Origin: Octopus sinensis
Taxonomy: Eukaryota
Length of the DNA stretch: 64,000 bases
Assembly (NCBI RefSeq): GCF_006345805.1
Contig: NC_043013.1
Span: forward strand, 24,738,001 to 24,802,000
Direction: 5' to 3'
In this document: positions 41,420 to 53,053 of the stretch, in pieces
How positions within the stretch are numbered: the stretch's first letter is position 1
Layout of the letters: each line of letters opens with the position of its first letter
The notes under the pieces: model-generated
Told to the model about the DNA's origin: nothing
Databases searched by the model: none
Seen by the model: only the letters and a program-made list of their open reading frames with translations
Translations under genes and position numbers: made by a program

Positions 41420-41803
41420 CATACATACATACATACACACACACAAACCATAAAAAGTGAAGAGGTATGAGAGGTGAATATATTTAACCACTTAGCTATT
41501 GGATTATGGCTGTTTAACAACATTTGATATGTAAACAAGACGAATGATATAAAGGCCATAATCCTAAAGATAAACAAGTGGTTAAATAAATATATTCACC
41601 TCTTACACCTCCTGACTTTTTATGGTTTATATACTCCTCATGAGATAATTTCATTGATTAGATCTCTTGGATTTCAGGTCCTTAGAACTCTGCACTGTAC
41701 TCCTCCATTTTGGATTACCATGTGCTCTGCTAGCCAGATCCACTTGAGGAGCTTTCCATGACAGCCACATGATTCTATGAATCCATATATTGCACAACAA
41801 ATT

Positions 41804-41843
<40 letters not shown>

Positions 41844-42259
41844 GGCATGTGGTTAGAGCATTGCACATGTGACCTCTAGATCATGGGTTTGATTCCCAGG
41901 CAAGGCAGCACATTGTGTTCTTGAACAAAACTCTTCATTTCACATTGCTCTACGAACATTTCGACAGTTTATGTATGGTACACTTATGCATCTGTACAGA
42001 CAATGTCAATATTATGGAGGGGCGTATCTAATTACTAAATCACTTAACTGCAGTCATACAGCATATATGACCTCCCAACCCCCATCACCACAACTCATAT
42101 TACACATTCTCTGCACAATAGAAACCATAAAATAACACCAAAAATATAACTGATGTAGCATACCTTTGCAATTCTACTTTGTCACACATTTCAGGAACAG
42201 AAGATACATCTGGTGATGCAATAGAAATTTACGTAAATGTCATCATCATCATCATCATC

Positions 42260-42294
<35 letters not shown>

Positions 42295-45200
42295 CCTGAT
42301 GGAATGCTAGGCATTGGCTCTCATTGGCTTCTGATTTTAACTGATTGGAAGTATTATCATGTACATTTTATCAAATGTTTTGCTCAGTACCACAGATCTA
42401 CTTGTCAGTTGTTTTGACCTTAACCTGTTAAGTGCGTCCGTTGGTGGCTGATGATATGTGCATCTGTGATCATGAACAAAAGTAGTTGGGGAGCATCACA
42501 GATTCACCTCTGGAAACATGGGTGTTTCATTTGACATCTTTAAACAACCCTTGTTGAGGGACCTCTTGAGCAGGATGGGCTACTCAACTTGAAGAAAATT
42601 CTAACTGGGCCCTACCTGCAAAATCATGCACTGTTTATCTTGATTTGAAATCGCCATGTCATGCACATATGGTTGTGATGCATGTGCCCTTATCAGATGG
42701 GTAGTCATGGTGGGTATATTGGGTTTCATATATTTGTACCCCAGTGTCACTTTGATGGCATGTGCTACTCTCACTCAATAATAATAATGATAATGGTTTC
42801 AAATTTTGCCTCAAGGGCAGCAATTTTGAGGGAGGAGATGAGCCGATTACTTTACCAACCTTGTAAGGATGAAAGGTAAAGATGACCTCAGCAGAATTTG
42901 AACTCAGAATGTGCAGACAGACGAAATGCCGCTAAACATTTTGCCAAGTGTTCTGAGAGTTATGTAGAAAGCTTGGATTTGACCATACTGTTAAGTGGTA
43001 TGAACACGAACCTAGAAAAGTGTTAGAAAGTAAGAAATGTAAGGTGTTGTGGGATTTTAACATTGTGGCAGGAAATTGACTTTACAGTCCCAAATGATGA
43101 GAAAGTCAATATGAAGGGTATAGAAAAAATAGCTAAGTACCAGGACCTAGCCTTTGAGTTACAGAGGCTGTGGAAAGTATGGGTAAAATATATTCTTGTA
43201 GTTACAAGTGCATTAGGAACTATCTCTAAAGATTTGAACAAATAGATAGAGGAAATAGGCATAAAACTTAATTCAGTACAGCTCAAGAAAACAGTATTAT
43301 TAGTTACAACTTGGATACTAAGAAGGTTCTCAGTATCTAAGGTTACTTGTAGCTCACTGTTAGGAATTGTTCCTTTCCAACAGTCTGATTCATTGTGTAT
43401 ATATGAAATAATAATGATTGTGTATGTCTCTTTCTGTTGTTATAGATCAGCCTATTAACAGGTGTTGGCCGCTTCAATGAGATGACCTACATATTTGATG
43501 CGCTGAAGCAACATCATCAGTTTGAGCTGCTGATGAGGAAAGGAATGGAAAAGGTAATTTGGTTGTTCTTTTGTTTTAGAGGTTCTTAATTTTGTAAATG
43601 CTCTAAAATTTTATTATCTTTGTTCTTATAACTCTCAATATATACAGTGTATCACCTATATTATTCAATTTGTCAGTGAAATTTTTAGCCATAATATTGA
43701 GATTTGCATCATAAGTTTAGTTTATCAAACTTTATTAGAAAGCACTGTTCCATATTTAAGAGATGTGGAATTATGAGTGGAATGAGAACCCAGGTTCGAA
43801 ATTTCCCCAAGACACCTGATGAAGGCTGGAGGGTATATCAGCCGAAATGTTGTGTTAACAACAAACAAGATGAGGACAAATATCCGTCAAATGTAAATAA
43901 TGTTTAATGGAAAAACAATACTTAATTAACTATGGTTCCAATAAATTTACTTAATCAACAACAATGCTTAATTAGCTATAGTTTAAATACTTTACTCATT
44001 GCTCCCATCAACCTCCTTACACATGTCAGAACTTTAACAATATATCAGCACCTTTTATTTCTTTTTGTAAAAAACTATCCAATATTTTGTTCATCCCTTT
44101 CTGCCACTGTCATTGATAATCATTCACCTACAATTGTAGTTGAATAATATTCTTAAGGCTGCAATTTACTCACATGCAACATCTTTCAGAGCTTGTTGCT
44201 AATTCAATTCTTAACCAAATTGAAAACTGTTAACATTTTTGAAAAGGACTGGTCCCTAGCCACATTTTGACATAAAAAAAAATTGAGATTTGGTCCAGTA
44301 GAAAAAAGTTTACATCAAAATTTGTAGCATCAAAATTTTTATCATATTTAATGTTGTTGATTTGATAGATATTAATTAATGAATATTAATGCTATATAAA
44401 ACCTAGATGAAATAAAAAGAACTGTGTAAAACGACTAACAACTCAATGTGTTTCAATTCTATTTTTCACATTGTTTTCTTTCCTAACATGAGACATTATC
44501 AGTTGAAGAAAGCAGGATTATTTAGGGAAATAACGCACTCATAAAACTTGATTTCATTACTATGTTATCATTTCTCTAACACTTTTAATATCACTGTCAT
44601 TCTGCTCAATATTTTTCAACCTCATAATTTACATCAAAACTTTAAATATCCACTTAAAATGTATGAATTCAATAATTATATGCTTTAATTTTTCTCTGAA
44701 GAGTTGATAAAGAAACTAGTAATCTGAATTTGAAATTTATTTTGAAAATATTCTTTTTCTGTATGTCTACAAGTTAGGCAGGTTTGATGTTGTGTGTCAA
44801 CAAGAAGAAATTTCTCTGATCATCTACTACAGCAAGCTATAACCTGCTAAAATCAAATCTGGTTTAAAACTTTAGAAAACTCAACTATTCTAAATATCTA
44901 AGTAATAATTATAATTTGTCATGTTCTGAAAGAAGACTTTTATTTCCTACTTTCCATAGTTTGTAGTTTGCCCTAATATGTGAGCAGACACATGGGTTCA
45001 GGTGTAAATAAAATTTCAATTCATGACTTCAGGTGTAAATAAAATTTCTTCTAAACATTTAGGCATTTGATATTATTCAAATAAATGATGACTACTTTTG
45101 TAAGTGATAGTTATTAGAATCAGTTGACAGGATCATTCATTAATTGCTGATATATAATTTTAAGTTAAATTGTTTTGCCTATTTTCATGTGTGAAATAAT

Positions 45201-48200
45201 TGTTGTTATTCTTATTTGTTTACCAGGAAGATCAGCTGAGGTCTGCAATTTTAGATTATCTCAAACGTTTTCATCCCAATGACAGTGACAGTTACACCAT
45301 GGTGGCCCTAAATTTTACAATGTTTAGAGAGATTGGACAAATGCTTGAAGAGTTGGCCCAAAAGAATTTGGATATATTAAAAAGGAAACCACTAGGTAAA
45401 TAATATTCAGCAATTCTATTTTAAAAGATTGTTTATGAAAATATATCAATCTTGCTAGAAAGCATATTCACCTGTGAAACATTTGTTTTTGTACACATAG
45501 TAGCACCAATATATTTGTATAGTTATTATTGTACATGAGCAGACACACATAATTCATGCTAGCAGTTCAACACCTCAGCTATCACTGCTGCCTTTGTCAT
45601 AAATCCCCAGTTTTTACCAGGGTTGTGCAGTCAGAGTTGGAAACAATTAAGGGGTAGCTGCAGTCAGAGTCAGTATAGTTTTACCAACTCTGACTCTAAT
45701 TCATAATATCTTTATTCATTAATATAAACCAGTTATAACATATAGGCCTACTCAAAGTACAAACATATACATATGCTTTATGAGATATGTAGACCACTAT
45801 CACTTGATTACATAAAGAGGAAACGGAGTTGGAGGTGCCAATACTAGAGGAGTTGAAGTTTTTGTGTTTTTACTATGATCATCATAGCTGTCATTATTAG
45901 TGTCACTTTAATGTTTATTCATCCATGCAGGCATAATGCTTATAAGGAAAGATATTTCATTGATCAAAATTCTTTTTAAAATACATCCTTCTTGTCATTT
46001 TTTTATACATTTAGTTGTATAATATCAGACACATGAAAATTACTTTTAAATGAGAATTTTTACTGTTGTACCAGTTTATCAAGTAAGATATGTGAAGTTA
46101 AACGGTTGAATAATTTGAGTACAGGTGTAATAATGCCTCTTCTGGTCTTGATGGTGTTACATATCTGCTTCTCAAACATGGTGGGTACTTTCTTCTGCAC
46201 CAGCTTTCACTTTTCTTTCAGTTCTGTCTTAACAATGGTGCTACTCTGGAGCAATGGAAAACTGCCAGTGTCATTCTTCTGTTGAAAAAGGGTAACTGCA
46301 CGTCACTTGTCAACTATCATCCAATCAATCTTATTAGCTGCATTGCCAAACTGATGGAATCTTGTGTCGGAGAAACACTCTGGAACTTCTGGAATTCTCA
46401 CAGCCTTATCTGGCCCATGCAATTTGGATTTATCCATAACTTCAGCTGCTGTGACCAACTTATCAAATTTCTTGAAGACATCAAGCAGGTTACTGATGGC
46501 AGCTCATGGGTGGATGTTTTTTTCTCTCTAGTTTCAGTTGTTTACCTTGACTTTGCTAAAGCTTTTAATTCTGTGCCACGCAAAAGATTTATGACAAAAC
46601 TCTGCAATGGGTATGAAAAATGATCTTTTTAACTGGTTGGAGTCCTTCATTTTCAGCCAAAAAGAGGTAGTCACGGTTCTAGGACAGCATTCTTCACCCT
46701 ATGAGATGTCTGGTGTACCACAGGGATCTGTTCCTAATCCCCTTTTTGCTGCATACATTGACATAGATGCCAACTTAAAAAATGCTACAGTGCTGAAATA
46801 TGCAGATGACATCAAGCTGTACCTTGAGATAAAAAGAACACTATAGATCTTTCCTGCAATCGAACCTGGACACAGTGCAAAAAGGGATCACGGGCTGGCA
46901 ACTCAAGCTGGCTGTGGACAAGTGTACCACTGTGCATTTTGGGAGGAAATACCCAGTGTCCACATACTCTCTCCACAACACTAATATCAAGAAGTCTTCT
47001 TGTCAATGTGACCAGGACATTACTGTCAGTAGTGATTTGATCGAGACAAAGCACATCTCAAAAATTGTCAAGAAGGCTGAGGGTGTCTTGGCATCACTCA
47101 GCATCACTTTGTCAGCCACTCTCCATCTGTCTATTTAAAGCTGACTATGGTACAGCCACATTTGGAATTTGCATCACCAGTCTGGAACCCCAATCTTGCT
47201 CAGGACATTGTCCTCCTGGAAACTGTTCAGAGACGTACAACCAAGTGAATACCCTCAGGCATCTGTAATACTCTGAACACCTTGCTTCCCTGGGCATAGA
47301 TTAATTGAAGCTCCGACATCTGGCATCTGACTTAGTAAACATCCACAAAATTAATAACCATGTCGCCAACAACCACCTTGAACACCTTTTTGAGCATCAT
47401 GTGTCTAACACACGTGGGCAAGCCTACTAAGTCAGAAAACAGCACAACTCCCATGACTTTCAGAAACATTTTTTTCACACTCAGAGTTGCTGAAGCATCA
47501 GTTGTTAGCTGCCGAGACATTGCATCCTTTAAAACCTCCATGCTTCCTGAAATTTGCCAACACTACATCTGATATTGCCCCTTCTTTTATACGGATGTAC
47601 ACATGTATATCATAATTCATACACTGTTCAATTTCCTGATTTTTATACATTAATTCTATGTAATGTACGTGCACCTATGATGACCTGTAGTGCACCTGAA
47701 CACTATACACAATAATTTCATTATTATTTTAATTATTATTTGGGCAGAATGCCTATGGATTTAGTTATGACCTTTTACAATTTGAATTCAAATTCCAATG
47801 AGATGAACTTCACCTTTCGTTCTTGTGTGATTGATAAAACAAAGTACCAGTCAAGTACTATGATTGATTTAATATTCCTGTAAAACATCCTCAATGCAAA
47901 TTGAATTGTGATAGAATATTAAGAAGAGTTGCAAAAGTTAAACTGCACACTTTAACTGTCCAATAACAATTCTGTAATCTTAAAAAATAAATTGCTAATA
48001 TTATTTGTATAAAATATTTCTAATTATTTTGCAGTGAACTCTTCAGAAGTTGTATTGTTGTTACAAAAGATTCACCAATATTTTTCTGATGCTGCAAAAA
48101 GCTATATGAAGGTGGTTTTACTTTTTGATTTTTAATTTTTAATTAAGTGTAAATAACTAAGAGACATTACAATTTTAAAATTTGTAGATCAACTGGTAGC

Positions 48201-49379
48201 ATGTTTTAAACATGATGTTACTTAACATATGTTCTTAACAATATAAAACTTTGTTTTATGAGTTTGTCTTCAAAGTCACCTAAAATTGCTTTTTACATTT
48301 TAAGATCTAAACAGAAAATGAAATAATTCAATTTTGAACAAATTTCTCAAACTTCAGTGTTTCTTCTGGTCTTTTTTTTTCTTTTTTTTTTCTAGGATAA
48401 TATCCTCCGCCATGCTGAATATTGTGTCCGACAAGCTCGTTTGCTTCTTCTACAGATGGATCTCTTACCTGCTGGTATTCATGTCATTAATTTAACACCT
48501 GAAGAAGCTACCAATTTCATTAAAGAACATCCTAAGTTCTCTGAGGTTTATTATTGTTTCTTTCTTTTATACATAAGTGTATGCTTACTTGTGTGAGGTT
48601 ATCTATATAAAAGTGAAACACTCATTAGATATTGCATGGTTATGGCCAACATGCAACTCCATCTGTCAAGATTGTTGCAAATACATTGCTTGTAAAGCAT
48701 TGATAATCTCTTCTGATAATATAAAACATCACAAAAACTGGCCCTCTTCCTCCATAACAAATACAAGGCTTAAATGAGACATATAATGGAGCATTGCTCT
48801 AACATTTCAGACAGCATTACTGCTTCAGACCCCATTCAAAACCAGCCAGCTGAACAGCATAAACTTGCTCATATATGAATTTATTTATTTACACACACAC
48901 ACACGCACGCACGCACGCACACACACACACACACACGTCTTAGAGGCAGCATTGAATGAAATTATTGTATATCATCAGCTACTAAGAACAGAAGAGGTTG
49001 TGCTTATATTAAAACAACATGCTGTTCTATGTCCAAGTATACACAAACTTGTTAAATATGCTTGTATACACCAATATATATATATGTTGATAGAAATGGT
49101 AAGACAACAAAAGAATAAAAGAGATGTCTATATTATGTAAATAAATGAATTTATCTAAATATAATATGTGACAATTATTTGGTAGCTATGATAAAACTCT
49201 GAGTTTTATCATGGCTACCGAATAATTGTCACACATTATATTTACAGATATATATATATATATATATATATATGGCCTGCTCGCTTAGCCAGCGGGGTGG
49301 CATCATTCGAAGGCTAAAACAATGCGAACGCATTGTGACCAGCGATGTGTAACAACATCTGATGGTCTGGTCGGTCACG

Positions 49380-49438
<59 letters not shown>

Positions 49439-52400
49439 GCCTATATATATATATATAAAATATACTTACATTGAATGATTATTATCAAGTCAGCAATTAT
49501 TAAAATCATCATCAACATCTGATGCCAGTTTTCCATGCTAGCATGAGTTGGACAGCATGACAGGAACTGACAAGGCGAGGGGTCACACCTAGTTCCATAC
49601 TCTGTTTTGGCTTGGTTTCTATTGCTGGATGTCCTTCCTAATGCCAACCACTCCACAGTGTGAATTAGGTTCTTTTTACATGGCACCATTACCAGTGCTT
49701 TGTAAGTGACATCAGCATCAATGCTTTTTATGTGGCACCAACACTTCATTTTCAAAATGCAATAGAATCTACAGACATAATTTATTCTTTTTTATGAATG
49801 TCTTTTTTTGAAACTGATGACTGTTCTGTTCCAAGCACTGCTGATAAGGTGAAGTGATGGAATTGCAAACATCAAAAACTATTTTGTTCAGTATTTGTGT
49901 ATATTCTTGTTCTGCAGATACCCTCAATTCGTCAACTGTTGCTAGTTATATTCTGCAAACTTTCTCTTCTTAGTATCCCCATAAAAGAAGTGTAATGATG
50001 TGAAGTACAGTGAATGTAGATGGTATTCTTCTTTGTCCATTCCACCTGTTTGGTAAAATCTTGTGAAAGTAGGTCCTTTAGGCCCTTACATTATATGGCA
50101 GTGTAAAGATGCTGCATCTTGTTGGAAATAAAACTCCAAATCTTCAAACTCCTCTTGAAAGATTGTTGCAGCAAGTTCAACTAAATGGGACGAGTTACAA
50201 GTAACATCAAAATGGTTTTATATACATCATACTGTAACTCTTGGTAAATTAACTTGATGTTCCTCCATAATTTCAGATTCTTAGGTCTCCAGTAGCTGTA
50301 ATTGTGGTGGTTAATTAAGCTATTTAATTTAGATGTAACCCCATCACTCCAAGCAATCTTTGTTGTGCATCTTCTACACGTCTTGCCCAATACCACTTTG
50401 CAGTATGGACTATCTTCTTTGAGAGCATAGACTATTTTTGGAACATAGGTTTTCCAATGACAGCACTTCAAGATGTGATGGACACTTGATTTTGAAATTC
50501 CTATCCCGTGACATGAACTCTGTCAATATCTTTCTTTGTCAATATCTTTCTTGCTTTGTCGTGTTAGGATTAGTCTTCAGGAACTTTTCTTGTGGACATT
50601 TTCAAACATGTTTGTAATTCTAGTGATAAGTTGTATATGTGAATCTATTTGAAATTCCCTCCTAAACTGTCTTTGCACTTTGGCTGTGTTTTCAACCTTC
50701 TAATAGCACTTTAGGATAAATTTCTTGTGTTCAAAGCTTAATTTGGTTCCCTTCGTTATATTTAATTAGTTAAAAAGGAAATAAAAATTGAGTTATCAGC
50801 TGTTAAAGTGTATATAATTTGTTGGGTGGGTGGGGGCACTCTGTATATTCATTTTTATATCTGTTTTTCATGTGAGCATGGCTATTATTGAGGCATTGTT
50901 TTATTGCCATATGTCTTTCTCTTTCAAAGAAGGAATCTTTTATTTTGCATGTGCAAATAATGTAGTCAATTTGTTAATAGGAGAAATTACAACAGTGCCA
51001 CTAAATATATAAACAGATAAACACATTCATACCTAAACATATATATATATATCATCATCATCATCATTTAATGTCCGCTTTCCATGCTAGCATGGTTTGG
51101 ACAAAAGCTAAATTAAACAAGATCTGTGAGACTATACAAGAACATGCTTGCACACACACACACACAAGAACAAGCATGCACGCACACTCACTCACACACT
51201 CACATACACAAGACAAGCACACACAGACATACACCCATTGACTGCCACACCATTAGGAGGTATATGGTACATATATAAAATATTACAAACGTTGCCTTAA
51301 AAAGTACAAAACTAGAATTAAAAAATGCACATAATAAACATAAAAAAGTATTGGACTAGCACTGTTGCTCAAAAATATTGGAATCACTATATGTCGTATA
51401 TCCTGTGGCATCTTAAAATGAAAAGAGACTCATGTGTGACTGTCACGATAATTACTACACTGAGTTCCTAATATAAAAATTTGAAAACGTACAAAATATG
51501 ATCTTCAACTTTGAATGAGTAAATTCATTATAATACTCTTCATACCAAAGTATATAAAAAACATATTTCACACTGCATGCAAACTGGATTTATGATGATG
51601 ATGATGATATGATGAAGTCAAATCTATATAACAACAAAAGTATGAAACTGAAATAATTATAAGCAGATATTTGTATTATGATACACATATTAATGGAATA
51701 GTTATGTGAATTAAACAAATTATTACTAAATTATTTTTCATTGATTACTTGTAAATTTATAAAAATTATCATTCATAGATTGAATTATTGCATAAAGATG
51801 ACATTAGTATTTGTACACAATTGTTTTGTTAAAACTGAGTTTATGATAATTTAACCTAATTAATTTTTAATATAACTTAATTTTGATGAACTAAATAAAT
51901 TTCTTCTGATAAAAGGATGCCACAGAATGTACAACATATAATTATTCCAATACTTTTGAGCAACAATGCTAGTCCCATACTTTTTAAGGTTTATTATTAC
52001 ATTCTGTAGCCCTTTTCAGTGTGTGCATTTTGCAATTCTAGTAATAAAAATCATCCTTTCTATCTTAAATAGATACTCTTAATTTTTTCATTCCTTGGAA
52101 TTTACTTGAATTCCACTGTGTGTGTATGTATACACACACACACACACGCACACGCATACACAAAGAGATTCTTTCAGTTGCCATCTACCAAATCCACTTA
52201 GAAGTGTTTGGTCAGCCTACAGCTATAGTAGAAGACACATGCCTTAAGTGCCATGCAATGGGACTGAAACTTAACCATGTCACAAGCTCCTTTACCATAG
52301 AATCATGCCTGCATCCATATATATAAAATCATTGTGATCATCATTTGCATCTTCAGCTGTTAAATATTATTGCATTTATTCCTCAGGCATTGATTGTTAG

Positions 52401-52982
52401 TGAGGCTTACAATAGAAATGCAGTTTGGAGTGAAGCACTTTGTAATCGCATCATTATTCATGGAGACTTTCGCTACCTGCAAGATTTGAAAGCCTATATT
52501 CGACTGAACCCTTCCCTCATTATTGATACCATTGACAGGTATGCTATTTTATTAATCCTTTCATTTTGTAGAATTCACAGTTGATATTGCCTGATCATTT
52601 TAAAAGTTAGAGTGGGGGGATAAAAATTTTCAGTCTCTCTGTTTAGTGAGATTAGTAAAGTTCAAACATCTGTAAGTTGATGTTTGCACTAAAAAATATG
52701 GGCATGGTGCTATCTTCAGAGCATTAAGGAAAGCATTTATTGCAAGACCTGAAAAGTAAAAAGATTGTAGGGACAAGGCGAGGTTTTAGGTGTAGTTCAT
52801 TTACAGCTTACCAGTTGAGAAAAGCAGAAACTGTTCTAGTATCAATTAGCAGTGGAGAAATAGTGGGTAATTTAAGCAGTTTCCAATATAGGTTGTAATT
52901 GATTTTTTATAATTGGTCAAGGCTGAATCATTTTCTGACCATAAATATGAAGCCTAGTGCTTGGAATGCAATTTCAGCAATG

Positions 52983-53053
<71 letters not shown>

